A stretch of 63,322 nt of DNA, filler included, from Choristocarpus tenellus KU-1152 (taxonomy: Eukaryota > Protista > Phaeophyceae), in assembly GCA_964200185.2 (NCBI GenBank). It is 8 parts of 8 records of this genome, joined end to end, with 100 filler letters (N's around TTAATTAATTAA, not from the genome) between each part and the next. Parts side by side here need not be neighbours in the genome. Positions count along the whole stretch, not along the records: positions 4,777 to 16,703 come from CAXNAD020002066.1; positions 16,804 to 23,994 come from CAXNAD020006563.1; positions 24,095 to 28,255 come from CAXNAD020015903.1; 5 more parts are not named here. One strand, given 5' to 3'. Below the pieces are notes generated by a model that saw only the letters and a program-made list of their open reading frames with translations, had not been told where the DNA came from and made no database searches. The position numbers were made by a program, and so were the translations under genes. Every line of letters starts with the position of its first letter. Position 1 is the stretch's first letter. Shown here piece after piece: positions 14,001-25,191 of the stretch.

Positions 14001-15259
14001 AAAATGTCACTGACTGGAGATGAAGTTGCATCTGTTCCGGTGGATGGGAAGAAAGGTAGATCTGAGATGTTATCACTACACAAAATTCAAGACTGAGCAT
14101 CTAGACTGTGCACACGTTTCCCCCAAAGTCTGATCATATGCACGCCAGGTGTAGTAACAGTAATATGAAGGGGGACGATTGAAATACAATTTAAGCTGTT
14201 TTTGCATCACACATGAAAGAACTATCTGCAAGGTATTTCGATGTATTGTAGGTAGTCTTGCACACAAGTGTAACAGGTTGCAATAAGATACGGTATATGG
14301 TTCTCGAGGTGGCTTCAACTCTCTATCTCCCATCTATGGTTGGTAGTACCATTTGTCTTGATACAATTTCTACCTTGCCCTTGCTTTAAGCGCCACAAGA
14401 TCCTCAGGTAACTGGTGCAATACAACGCTGAGGTCTTCAACCGCTCCAAGGAAGTCCCTCGCCCTGGATCGGAGTCGTCCCCGAAGTCTGTAAGCTGGCC
14501 AGAAAGTTGAGTCGTTCTCTTGAATCGACTAGAGGAAGAGGATGTGGTCAGGACGTGGACGGAGTGACTACCAATACTACGAACGGGTTTGGGTGCTATG
14601 AATGCACCACTGCAGAACCAATATCGCTTTGTAAGAACTCCCTGAATATACCTTACACTGCACTCTAGAAATCTGTACTTTGTTGATGTGGTAAGAAGAA
14701 ACTGCTCTTCTTTTTCTTGCGCTAAGAGAGAAGAGAGTGCAAATTTGAAGAGTTGATTCACACTTTCTTACCTCGTTGACGTTGTTAATCGCATCATCGT
14801 AGTCACCACGTAGAGTCGCATCTTGGGCCAGGTCGACCAAACGTTTCGACTTGAGGAATGAAGCCTTTGCAAGCCTGGTACATTCGACCTTCCGACGAGC
14901 AGTATGAGTCCTGCAAGGTTATCGTTGGACACATCTTCTCAATATCAATATTAGTTTTTTGAGTGCTGCATGCCTCGCCTGCAGCAAGCCGTACAGTTCC
15001 AAGGGCTTAGCTATTAAGTGCTCGTGGGCTATATAGAGCAGGAGTGCAAGTTTTTGCAAGCTACAGGAATCCAGCACCTATAGAATGCCTGGACTTTGAT
15101 CGCAGCCAAGCTCCACCTCCAAATGTTCCGATTCCATCTCCACTCAAGTCGCTGCAGCGTCCTCTTCTCTGGCTTCGCATGCCGAAGGATCTCCCTGAGA
15201 TCCACGTCTGGCTCATCTATGACACTCAAAGTTGATGGGGTATATCGCCATTTCCCCAT
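8006..15259 (-). CDS. IQ-motif and TPR-repeat protein (exons 15259-15078, 14910-14772, 14528-14374, 12957-12882, 8251-8006; at least one exon probably unidentified; 5' end uncertain)
   Basis: Phase-consistent exons encode AAIKVQAFYRTHTARR (IQ-like) then TPR helices AYRLRGRLRSRARDFLGAVEDLS, ALKARARVYLRLGQWDDAQRDLSKGIRLNP, ALTLRGRTYASMRLWSKAVKDFDDALMVDPGY. Confidence 0.8.
8600..12500 (-). mobile_element. Highly decayed Copia-like LTR retrotransposon inside the TPR gene intron
   Basis: Faint remnants in Copia order on the minus strand (integrase-like near 12.2 kb, RT-like near 10.4-11.2 kb, RNase H-like near 9.9 kb, PPT+TG near 8.66 kb); no intact ORF; boundaries approximate. Confidence 0.4.
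13292..13550. mobile_element. MITE family A copy with perfect 3-bp TSD (TCA)
   Basis: tca|GAGTGTAAGTATCTTAGAG ... CCCTCTAAGATACTTTGACTC|tca. Confidence 0.88.
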
Positions 15260-16199
15260 GTCATACAGACGAACTGAGAAAGCCAGAAACTACTGACCTC
15301 ACTTGCTCGTATTGCTCAGGTAGGGCCTACCTCAATTCAAATAATGAGCAGAGCCCAACACAAGCTCATGATGTGTGATAAGACCTGGTAACGTTGGAGG
15401 TTGTGTTGTGGTTATCAAATATGATCGAAGGCGGTTTCGTCGAATACGTGGGAGGCGTCCGAAGTGTTGTTGCCGAAGAGGTGGTAGGTGAACATACTTC
15501 AGACAAACCGAAATCTAGTCCCTATCTTGGAGGACATAGAAAGTCTAGCGATGAGTATCCTGAGGGTAGCAAGAAGTCAGGTAACCAAATAGGTTCGCCT
15601 TCCAGGACAACCCAAACTCGAAGTACAACGTAGGTGTTGTCTCTACCAACATTATATACACAGAGATATTGAAGGCTTCCCACAAATATATCGTACTTCT
15701 AAACAGAACAGTTATAACTGTCGTTCATAGAATTACAGGAATAATGGATATCGTACAAATCACAAGTTCAAATATATTGGAAAAGTAGAGAGTTTGCGCA
15801 AAATGAAATTCACCACCGGAAAGTTAAAATATCAATTTATGTCTACTCATATATAGTGTTTTTCATTAACAAATGTTAAGAAATTTCCCATTTCAAGTTG
15901 GAAACATACTTACATGGTGGGAGGGAGAGGAGCGGGAGGATACGACCGGAAAGGAGTAGTTAAATCCAGGCTAAGCCAAATTGTTTCGGTGACTACACAA
16001 GTGGCATTGTCTCGACGTGTCATCATGCGCTTCAAACTAGAGTCACCAGGGAAATAATGGGCACGGAGGAGTCTGTTGGATTCTTGGGATGCCTCCCTAG
16101 CTCCCCCCCCGGGGCACAGGAGTAGGTAGATGGGAAGCACAGGAAGACAGTAATACAACATTTGATAGTGGTGACGTAACTGATAGATTAGTGGTTTTC

Positions 16200-16340
16200 G
16201 CACTTACAGTGTCTTATAGTGTTCTTCCGTTAGGATATTTTATTTCTTTAGGGCTAATAACGGCATATGTATAGTTTTCATTGGTTCCCCTGACACATCT
16301 GCAAAATGTCAGAGGGCATAATAATAAAATAATATATACA
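16200..16340 (+). repeat. Dispersed repeat (retroposon 3' end with ATA-rich tail), homologous to 32750-32868
   Basis: Shared TTCATTGGTTCCCCTGACACAT..GCAAAATGTCAGAGGGCATAATAATAA. Confidence 0.7.
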
Positions 16341-16579
16341 AAATTAATTGATCCAAATGGGATTTGCTAACTATTAATTATTCATAAAATAATTTTGTCT
16401 TAACAAAGTTGAGGTTAACTTCTAGGCTATTTTGTTCATTGTCATTCAAAAAAGTTGGATATTGTTCAATGCAAGCTATTACAGTACCTACCCCGATTTT
16501 GTGCCAAATATTATGAACCAAATCGAAAAAATATTCAATTTTGTACCGCTTTTTTCGACATGCTCAAAAAGTATTTTGT

Positions 16580-16690
16580 ACCGGAATTCTCGTATTCGAG
16601 CAATTTGGCACAAAATCCCAGAGATATTCACGCGAGTTTGGCGCGCGTAAAAAAAAATTCTCGCGAAAAGTGCCTTTCTTCCTGAGCCAT
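16580..16690. promoter_or_regulatory. CpG-rich putative promoter with TTTGGCGC (E2F-like) and GATATTCACGCG/ATTCTCGCG motifs
   Basis: CG-dense patch in CG-poor DNA just before an ATG at 16689 that is cut by the gap; the same motif occurs upstream of ATP synthase gamma. Confidence 0.45.
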
Positions 16691-19600
16691 GCTACCATAC
16701 AGCNNNNNNNNNNNNNNNNNNNNNNNNNNNNNNNNNNNNNNNNNNNNTTAATTAATTAANNNNNNNNNNNNNNNNNNNNNNNNNNNNNNNNNNNNNNNNN
16801 NNNCCCCCCTTTTTTGACATGTACCCGCCTTTTGCTTTCTAAAAAATCAATCTTGGTGTGAATGGTGAGAGCAGTTGCGTGTTGCTCAGTCAAATGTAAA
16901 GCATGCAGTTGTGCTTCTGGAGATGGGCATAGGTGGACTCACTGCCACAGAGGCTGCACTCAAAAAGTGGCAAAGTGAGATCCCTCCAAAGGCAAGACAG
17001 GACAGGAAAGGACAAGAGGATACTAATGGTAGCACTGTTGTGGTATTTGTTTTAGCTTTTTATCTGTTTTCCAACCTGAGTTCTATCTTGATCGTCCATG
17101 GCAGTTACAGTGTTTTGACTTAACTAGCACAGTGTGATTTTTTGGAAGAGTTTTGTCCCGGACAGACACGATAAGGTATTTCTTTTTATGTATTTTGTTT
17201 TGCATTACTACTCTGTAGTTCTAGGCGTACTTCTTGCAATGCTGCAAGGATTTGCATCGCCACATTTGCACGGGATGTCCTCCTAGAGTGTCTGATAGAG
17301 TTTTTGATCGAGGGGTAACCCGAAGGAAATTTCTTCATTCAGAGAACACAGTGTTCAGGAAATACGTTTTTTTGGCAGAATGCCGCCTATTCCTCCCGGA
17401 AAAGTATACTTTTGTGTTGACCAAACGATCCAGAGCTTACAAGGTGGCATGGTGGTGGGAAGATGATGTGTGGTGGTATACTGCATACAAAGTAACACAC
17501 GTTGTATGCATACTGGAGATCCCACCAACGGTTTCTTCCACACCCCTACTGTCCCTACTGTACCTGTGTTCAAAATCGGCCCCTGCTTACTGTAGCTCTC
17601 GAGTGCAGTGCTTGAAGTGTACTTGTATGTGCTCAGACTTGATTGCGGTCTTGCCCACACCTGCCTCGCCGTCCAGATGTGTCAAACTCCTCTTCTTTTT
17701 TTGTGTGTGTTAGTTTTTGTGTGTTGTTGCACGCGTTCTTTATGAATTTATTTTAATTTATCTTGTAGTATTTTTGATTTGAAGGAGCGTGTTGGTTGAC
17801 CTTGGTATCTCTACCCCCCTATCACCTGTCACTGTTGGACTGATATGATAACTCGTGATGCACAGGCCTATGAGGACATAATGAAGTGCCTGATCAAGAG
17901 CAGCAGAGAGAGTGCAGAAAAGAGACTTGACTCTGTCAGTCGCCCTTGATCTGGCATCAACGGAGCAAGCCTGTGAGGCAAGGCTTTGCATTGTTACGTT
18001 TGGAGTTAGTTTTCTGTGGGCAATCCCGTGACCCATGCTGGCATTCCAATGACTGTTCAGGAAGTACTTGTGTCCCTTTTTAGTCTAACTCAGGCTATAA
18101 ACATCTCGGTACTCCAATAAATGTGCTTAAAGTAAGTGCACGAAATATGATATCATGGGTGGTGCCATCATTACAATGGTTGATTGGAAGTTACTCCTTA
18201 ATTTGTCTAGCTCAACTTTGCGTGGTTACAACCCAGTGTACTTTATAGTATGCTTTATAGTACTATATGTAAGACATTATCATGAGCGGTGCTGGCATTG
18301 TGATGAGTGGTGGTCATAGGGTACTCCTGCTACTGCAAATTCATTGGGAAGGATACTATTATTCCGTGCTATTGTGTTGGAAGTTGAGATAGGACCTGAC
18401 TTCTGTCTCGAAAGAAGTGACACACAACACACTGTACTAAGTCCTCGATCGTATCATGCTGGACTAGTGCACTGCAGAGCACAAGGGGAGGGGTCAATGG
18501 TAGGGAGATTTGTGTTGCTTCTATGTCTCTCACGTATTCATTATTTTATTGTGTGTCCTGGTTTACATCCACACATTGCTTCTTGTTTACTTTTTTAAAG
18601 GGTTAGGGATTTACGTCTTTGTGTTTTTGTTTTTTTCTACTGGGTGTTTCTGTCTGTCAGAGGTTTTGTCTCATTCAGGTTCTCAGTTCAATTGTGCCGT
18701 AAGAGGCACAAACACGGGCCTCCCCTCCCTGTGAAAAATGGCATTGAGCAAAAACAATATGTATCGTTTTTATTGGTCAGGGTCGTAATAGGTCAACTGT
18801 TTCGTCCACCCTCTGTTGTTGATGTAAGTGATGGGGGGGAGTAAATTAGTTTGAGTCTACCTGTTGAGCTAACTTGCTGCTAGTGTGTTTTTTGTATGAT
18901 CTGATGCAGATGAGAAAGCGGTGCAGGGTTATTGTGATGGAGGTGTGTGTTGCTACCATGAATTTTCTATTTTTTTTGCTGACCCCCTGTGTTCCCTCCG
19001 TGAATATAAAAAAAGTAGATTTGTTGCCTTGAACTCTTGGTTTGGGGTGCTTACTCATAGCACAACTAGATTACCAACAGTTGTTCCCCTGGTGAGCATT
19101 TGATAGATGATATGTTGTGTCACTCCCTGTGGCAGTGCATTACTACGTGAAGCAGTAGCTGTTTCGATGCTTGTATGGGAGTGATTGAGAAATTGGGTTT
19201 GGTGCAAAGGAATGGAAAAGACCAAGTGTGTGTCATTGCCCAAGTATGGTGTAAATTGCTTGATGGAACACAGTGTGAGGAGAATATTTGATGGCTTCTC
19301 TGTCCGTCTTGTGAAGCTGGACTTGAGATATCAATGATCATTAGTAGTAGAGTGAGACTTCTGTACGAGTGTATGCTTTGTGCCTTGCTACTGATAAATC
19401 AAACTTAGATTATCCCTCGATTTTTGAGAGAGTGTATGGGGTGGGTGGACCCTACACCGCACGTTTTGCTAATTTGACCTGGCCGACTATTTTTTCATCT
19501 TTTTTTATTGCTTGTTGGCATCACAGTATGCCTGTAATTCAAACACAAACGAGAGGCCTAAGGCAAAGTGGTGATAGTTGGTACCGTGGTTACTGTCAGG

Positions 19601-21002
19601 TGCAGAAAATGTATGTTTCTGATGGTGCTATACATTATTATCATAATATACGTAGGTGTGGTTTGTGTAGGTATTTTTGAGGTGCAACGAGAGTGAGATG
19701 AGGATCATTATGTTGCAGGTGTGGCAAGGGGCAAGAATAGCTTCACTAGGGTTATTCTTTCTTTGTTGGCCAGTCAGGAAGAGGTTTGCAATCATGCGGA
19801 GGGGAAGGTTTCTATTTGTGTATGCTTTCTTTTGTATTTATTTACTCATTTGCATGTAGGTTTGTCCCTAATAACTCCTGCAAATTGCGAGGCTGATTAG
19901 AATAATCTGAAGTTTATACTTGGGTGGACAATTAATACCTTCTTTTGTACAAACTTCAAATGCCTGTCTCAAGTAAGTTTGCTCTCTTTCTATAAGCAGT
20001 AACATCATACAGTGGATACAACAGTACATTACAGAGGCCAAGTGATGACATGGTGGGTCCAGCACAAGATTTGAGGGAGGAGACAGGTTATGCATGGTGG
20101 GGATGGCTGAAGCAAGAAACAATGCACAAACGGGGGCAGTACAATATTTTGTTGTAGTGCAACAGGTAGATACAGTAGCTAGCTTGGCTGACCCACAGCC
20201 CGGTCCCTCTAAAAGATACTCTACCCGGGTTGGTCCACAACCTGGTCTGATCGAGCTTTTTTTATCAGATTTTTTGTGGACTGACCCTTTAAAAAAAAGG
20301 GCAGCCCTGCTGTTGTGTTATTGACTGTATTTTGTGTATCTGATGTACGAAATTAGTATACTTACCATTGTAAAGGCCCTGCTCAATAAAATTGAATATT
20401 GAGTGATACCCCACAGAAATTCACACGCAATCCAGTCTGACATAACCTGAAACCTGGCCCAGCAAAAGCTAAGAACAGCCGATCACCAAAATTGAGGATG
20501 GAGCATTTTGTGGAGGATGAGTTTGACCCAAAATGGTGCGTGGAAGGTGCCCATATGTTTTTTTTTGTTATGTTGCGGAACTTTTAAAGGGCCCCGCTAC
20601 GATTGGGAATCCATCCCAAAGGTGATAGTAGGACAGTGTGTGGGGGGCGGCAATGATTTCGTTTGATCGTCGTGTACATGATTTCGTTGAATGCAGTAAG
20701 CGTGGCGGTGCAGTGGGCAAACAGGGCAAGGGGTAGGTGGGAAGCGGTCGCTGGACACACGCGGCAGGCAGTAATGAGCAACATGTTGCTGCTGACAGAA
20801 AGACCACTAGGGATAAAAAAGATCACCAACGAAAAAATCAACAACGGGCTGACTGATGATGAACTAACAAAGGAAACAAGGCAATAACTTGGTAGATCAG
20901 AAGAGTCATCAGGCGATCATGGAACAACGACAACACTCTATTTACTTAGTTGCTTAGTTGATCAGAAGAGTCAGGCAAACATGGAACAACGACAACACTC
21001 CA

Positions 21003-21449
21003 TCACCCACCGTTGGCAATTAGCCTCTCTTCTGCTTGGTTGAACTCCATGTAGACCCGCATCATGACAGCACGTTTGTGATCAAACTCTCTCTTCAACA
21101 CCGTTATTCTATGGTTTCCGTCCAGTGTTCGTCCTTGAACAGCAAGCGCAATGTCGGCGGTGAGCTGGTCCCCGTTGCCTAAGCAGTCTTGTTGGATGGC
21201 GATGGACGGAGCAAACTGCTCGAGCCAGCCTTTTTCACGGATAGACTTGCTGATGCGCCCAATCCCACGCTCGCTCAGGGGACGCACCATTTCCGTGCAT
21301 ACAATGTTGCCGAGTTTCATCTTGTACATACCGAGGTAGTGATGTTCAAGGAGCGAGGACATGCCCTCGGCATTGCTGTCCAACGCTCTCAATCCGTGGG
21401 CAGCGCCATCGGCGAGCAGGGGGGTCGTTGTTGAGCAAATGTTGGACAT
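21003..21449 (-). CDS. ParB/Sulfiredoxin-like N-terminal domain protein (first exon or fragment; probably element-borne, possibly pseudogenised)
   Basis: VRPLSERGIGRISKSIREKGWLEQFAPSIAI...LDGNHRITVLK matches the ParB-N pattern (R....i..l..SI...G...Pi.v ... iDG.HR); a possible donor follows LIAN at 21010. Confidence 0.7.
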   Translation of the reverse strand: MSNICSTTTPLLADGAAHGLRALDSNAEGMSSLLEHHYLGMYKMKLGNIVCTEMVRPLSERGIGRISKSIREKGWLEQFAPSIAIQQDCLGNGDQLTADIALAVQGRTLDGNHRITVLKREFDHKRAVMMRVYMEFNQAEERLIANGG

Positions 21450-21619
21450 GGCGAAGATTGGGAAGGTGTGACGGGGATAGATAAGAAAGAGCTGCTGGTG
21501 GTATATGCGGAAGGGAAGGAATGGAAATGAGGAGTGAGGGCTGGGAGGTGCTGCTTTATTTCATCTGGTCGGTTGGTGCCCAAAGAACCCAGATTTCTCT
21601 TTCCGTTGATAATTGTGTC

Positions 21620-22400
21620 TAAAAAATTCGAATATCGAACAGTATACGATTTCATATTTAAAACAGATAGTGGTTTGTATTTTTTGTGACCTTTTCGTTT
21701 TGAAACGTTTCAAACGTATTAGATCAATGAAGTATGTGGTTTGTATTTTTATTAGTTGATATTAAGAATAGAATATTATTATTATTTCATAAAAACCCTA
21801 ATGCACATGTTTTGGCAGTTCAAGTGTTTCGGGTGGTCCGACGGATCGCCCGAAACTCAAAAACCGCTTTTTGTCGACTTTTGTATTAAAAATACAAGAG
21901 TCGACAAAAAGCGGTTGTAGTATTTAAAAAAATTATAGGGTACCAGTTTAAAGTGACCTTTTAGTTTCGAAACATTGGAAACGTATAAGACTAATGAAGT
22001 ACATGCTTGTATTTTTAAAAATTGCAAGAACGGATATAATGGGATTTACTATTTCTAAAAACCCTTATGCACGTGTTTTAGCGGTTCAAGGGTTTCGGGT
22101 GGTCTGACGGATCGCCCGAAACTCAAAAACCGCTTTTGGTCGACATTTGCATTTTTTTATATACAAATGTCGAACAATATAAGATTTTGTACTTAAAACA
22201 ATTAGAGGGTGTCAGTTTTTTCTTACCTTTTGGTGTCGGAACATTGGAAACGTACAAGATCAATTAAGTATGGGTTTTTATTTTTTTTAATTGAAATTAC
22301 GAATATAATCAAATTTTTAATTTCTAAAAACAATAATGCCCGTGTTTCCCAGATCATGGATCTCAGAGTGGTCCCACGGATTGCCCGAAGCTCAAACATC
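21620..22400. repeat. AT-rich tandem array, ~3 diverged units of 267-269 bp, with long palindromes
   Basis: Equivalent positions (GTGACCTTTT/TTACCTTTT) at about 21690, 21957 and 22226; palindromes at 21826-21856 and 21862-21916 recur in unit 2, and the first recurs in degenerate form in unit 3. Confidence 0.9.
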
Positions 22401-22478
22401 GTTGATACGCCCGGCTTCGAATTTAATTCACTCCTAGACCTTCTCACTAGCCAAGACTGTCTGTTGCCCGAAAACACC

Positions 22479-22964
22479 ATGGCAGTTGCTCCCACAGCAT
22501 GGGGGTGGCTTTTGTCGCCTGCGCCGCCCCCTGTGTTGCCCCCTCATCAGCCCGCCAACAATGATGCACTGGAGCTCTCTACCAATGACGCTTCAGCGAC
22601 AGGCACCAAGCTTCGCCAAGAATGGGCTCAACCCATCCCGGTCAATGAACAGGGTGACTGCTGCAAGCGCTTAGCCTGTGTGAAGAAGTTCGCAGCAGAT
22701 AGCGAGTCCTTCCTTGCCCGCACGTTGGCCAAAGAGCAGGACATCATCCGGGTGTGTGAGAACTGCCGCGATCGCAAGCACTTCGTTGGTGACTGTGTGC
22801 CTGTCATTACGTTGGGGCCTGGAGGCGGATCTATGCTCGTGGCCGGCATTCCCGTTTGTATGCAGTTTTTCAAGTCATCATTCAGAATATACGATCGTGT
22901 CATCGACGCTTGCAAAGGTACACCTAACACAAGAGCATCCTCCTGCGTAGAGAGGTGGGTTTGA
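22479..22964 (+). CDS. Cys-rich protein fragment resembling a DNA-transposase N-terminus (Sola-like?), first exon only
   Basis: CCKRLACVKKF...VCENCRDRKHFV...AGIPVCMQFFKSSF...IDACKG; ATG at 22479, possible donor at 22955; no catalytic DDE region visible downstream. Confidence 0.4.
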   Translation: MAVAPTAWGWLLSPAPPPVLPPHQPANNDALELSTNDASATGTKLRQEWAQPIPVNEQGDCCKRLACVKKFAADSESFLARTLAKEQDIIRVCENCRDRKHFVGDCVPVITLGPGGGSMLVAGIPVCMQFFKSSFRIYDRVIDACKGTPNTRASSCVERWV

Positions 22965-22967
22965 TGT

Positions 22968-23456
22968 ATGTATACAGTGTTATTTGTACCCGGTATTGTT
23001 TCGACGTGCAACAAACTTGTTGGGAACGGCAAAAAGCTTCCTACCAAGGTCTTGACAGTTCTACGGTCTGCTATCGAGGCGAGGGAAAGGGGGGGGGTTG
23101 TGGGAGAAGGACGGAAGACTAAATCCAAGGGACGAGGAGAGGAGAGTGGGGTGGAGAATGGGGACGAAGAGGAGGACAACACTGACGACATCAAGGAGGA
23201 GGACGAGGAGGACGATGAAGAGGAGAAGGAGGACGAGGAGCAGCAGAAGGAGGACGAGGACGACGAGGACGACGAGGACGATGAAGATAAGGAGAACCTC
23301 GGTACGGGGGAGGGGGGGCATCTGCCGGTGCAGGTGCATGTACGGGGGTGCACTTGCAGACGGCCGTGGAAGTACCAGTCCTTGAAGCGGATACAGGATG
23401 GAGCAGTACGGCAGCACGGAAGAGACCTTTGGCTCCAATGCAAGCGCTGGAGCTAA
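22968..23456 (+). CDS. Acidic (D/E-rich) low-complexity ORF fragment, hypothetical
   Basis: Open frame with a long E/D tract (EEEDNTDDIKEEDEEDDEEEKEDEE...); GC-rich like the neighbouring ORFs. Confidence 0.35.
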   Translation: MYTVLFVPGIVSTCNKLVGNGKKLPTKVLTVLRSAIEARERGGVVGEGRKTKSKGRGEESGVENGDEEEDNTDDIKEEDEEDDEEEKEDEEQQKEDEDDEDDEDDEDKENLGTGEGGHLPVQVHVRGCTCRRPWKYQSLKRIQDGAVRQHGRDLWLQCKRWS

Positions 23457-24094
23457 ACACATGGGTTAGGTTTACCGCTGTACACTTTCGGCCCCATCGC
23501 GATGCTAGAGAAATGTAGAGACGCCGAATTAGCAAGCATGTGGCAGATATTTGTGTACGTAAAGTATACCTCGTAGGCCTCTTGGAGAATGAGCGGTGTG
23601 TATTGAGAGCCAAGTACGCATATTTGTTGCGGCGGATAATAATAACTGCCGCGGGTGATGGCGGCGACAACATGTGTTTAGTTTAATCCATGGTAATGTT
23701 TTCAGAGCGTTCCAAGCAGCATGTTGTTGTTGCGATACCTAGTAGAAGGGGGTTTTGATTGCATGGCAGTCGAAGTCCTTTATTTCCATTCATGATTTTG
23801 AACCTCCTTCAATACGGGTTGGTGGTCCTTCATAAAATATATTATGTACAAACGAATTATGGATGCAAAAGTATGCATTCAATTGCCAACATATATCTGA
23901 TGCTAGTAGCGTTTTGAAGTGTTAGCTGCTGGTATTTGTGAGCAGTGTTGTCGTGTTGTCGTAGCAGCGGAGTCCCCCAAGACGCCGCACATCANNNNNN
24001 NNNNNNNNNNNNNNNNNNNNNNNNNNNNNNNNNNNNNNTTAATTAATTAANNNNNNNNNNNNNNNNNNNNNNNNNNNNNNNNNNNNNNNNNNNN

Positions 24095-24164
24095 CCCAAA
24101 AATCGCGACATGAAAAAATTGACCCCAAATGGACAGCCGCCACCCTCCCCAGATACTTTGAGCA
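24095..24164. mobile_element. MITE family B fragment at contig start
   Basis: CCCAAAAATCGCGACATGAAAAAATTGACCCCAAATGGACAGCCG...CAGATACTTTGAGC matches the right end of 61691-61872. Confidence 0.8.
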
Positions 24165-24652
24165 AATCAATGCTCACGATGGATTCAGATTTTCATCATC
24201 TCTAGTAGGCGTGTTGCAAAAACTCATTGTGAGGATACCCTAAAACCTCAGAGAAACCCAGCTTAGTCTATCTACTCTACGTTGCCCACGGTGAAGCCGT
24301 AAGAAATATCTTCCCAATGCATTGCAGTGGTTTTCCTCATCCACGCAAACTGTTCAAACTGATGCTAAAGAGAGGAAGTATCATAGATAGTTCCCTCAAC
24401 ACAGCGCATCAAGAAGCAGTATACTTTGAAGTTTATTGATTGGATACACATATTGAATATATCAATAATTCTTGACATATACACTTGTTCTAACCTCTAT
24501 CATCTATCACCACTACAGACCACCAATACCATGCTACAATAGTTGCACTTGATCACTCACGTGTAATCTGTGTTGATCAGTTGATGGACAATTATATGCG
24601 ATCATTCTCCCACGAATATTCCAACCACCTTATATATATTTTTTCCACATAG

Positions 24653-25191
24653 GGACGAGTTTCAGGATCCAGATTATTGGCAGTGCGATAAAGTATATCC
24701 TGCCAACTGTACTTGTCCTGTGGTGTCCTAACCAGGAACATTGCATTTCATGCTATCAAAGCAGAACGCTATCTTAAATATACATGTATGGCATTGCAAA
24801 AAGCATTTTCAGTACTATGACTGAGTGTAAGGAGAAGGGTTAGAGTGGGAAGTTGCCATACTGAACAATTATCACTTTAAACGTCTCCTTCCCTTGCTCC
24901 AATCCTGATGAACCTTCTCAACATATACACCCTTCCCTGCGCCAGCGTGTGTGCAAGATATATTCCCACACTCTGTACATGACATTTGTGGCCTGCGAGT
25001 GCAATACAAGACACCTTGCTTGCCTTCGTTGTGCAGAGGAACTTTGCTACTGCCCCATGCACAAGCGCTTCCTCCTCTCTTGGTTGCAAGAATCGGATAT
25101 GGAGCACATAGTGCTCACCGCTCAGGCTTACCTCACATTTCTGAAGGCAGGGATGAGTACTGCAGTGAGGATGATAGAGGTGAATGTGTAG
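24653..25191 (+). CDS. C5HC2-type zinc-finger C-terminus of a KDM5/JARID-like JmjC protein (exons 24653-24692, 24946-25191); upstream exons not found on this contig
   Basis: DEFQDPDYWQCDK|RVCKIYSHTLYMTFVACECNTRHLACLRCAEELCYCPMHKRFLLSW fits zf-C5HC2 spacing, with two ligand substitutions. Confidence 0.7.

Noticed and set aside
14315-14761. 148-aa minus-strand ORF from the track
   Set aside because: Wrong frame; the real TPR exon (14528-14374) is in another frame.
21003-21449. Sulfiredoxin, or a bacterial contaminant parB operon
   Set aside because: No catalytic Cys, no parA or operon structure, and the contig carries a repeat shared with another host contig (20470-20520 resembles 1-50).
22628-23673. 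Long minus-strand poly-Ser, poly-Leu/Val and Pro/Arg ORFs
   Set aside because: Antisense shadows of the GAG/GAC-rich acidic tract.
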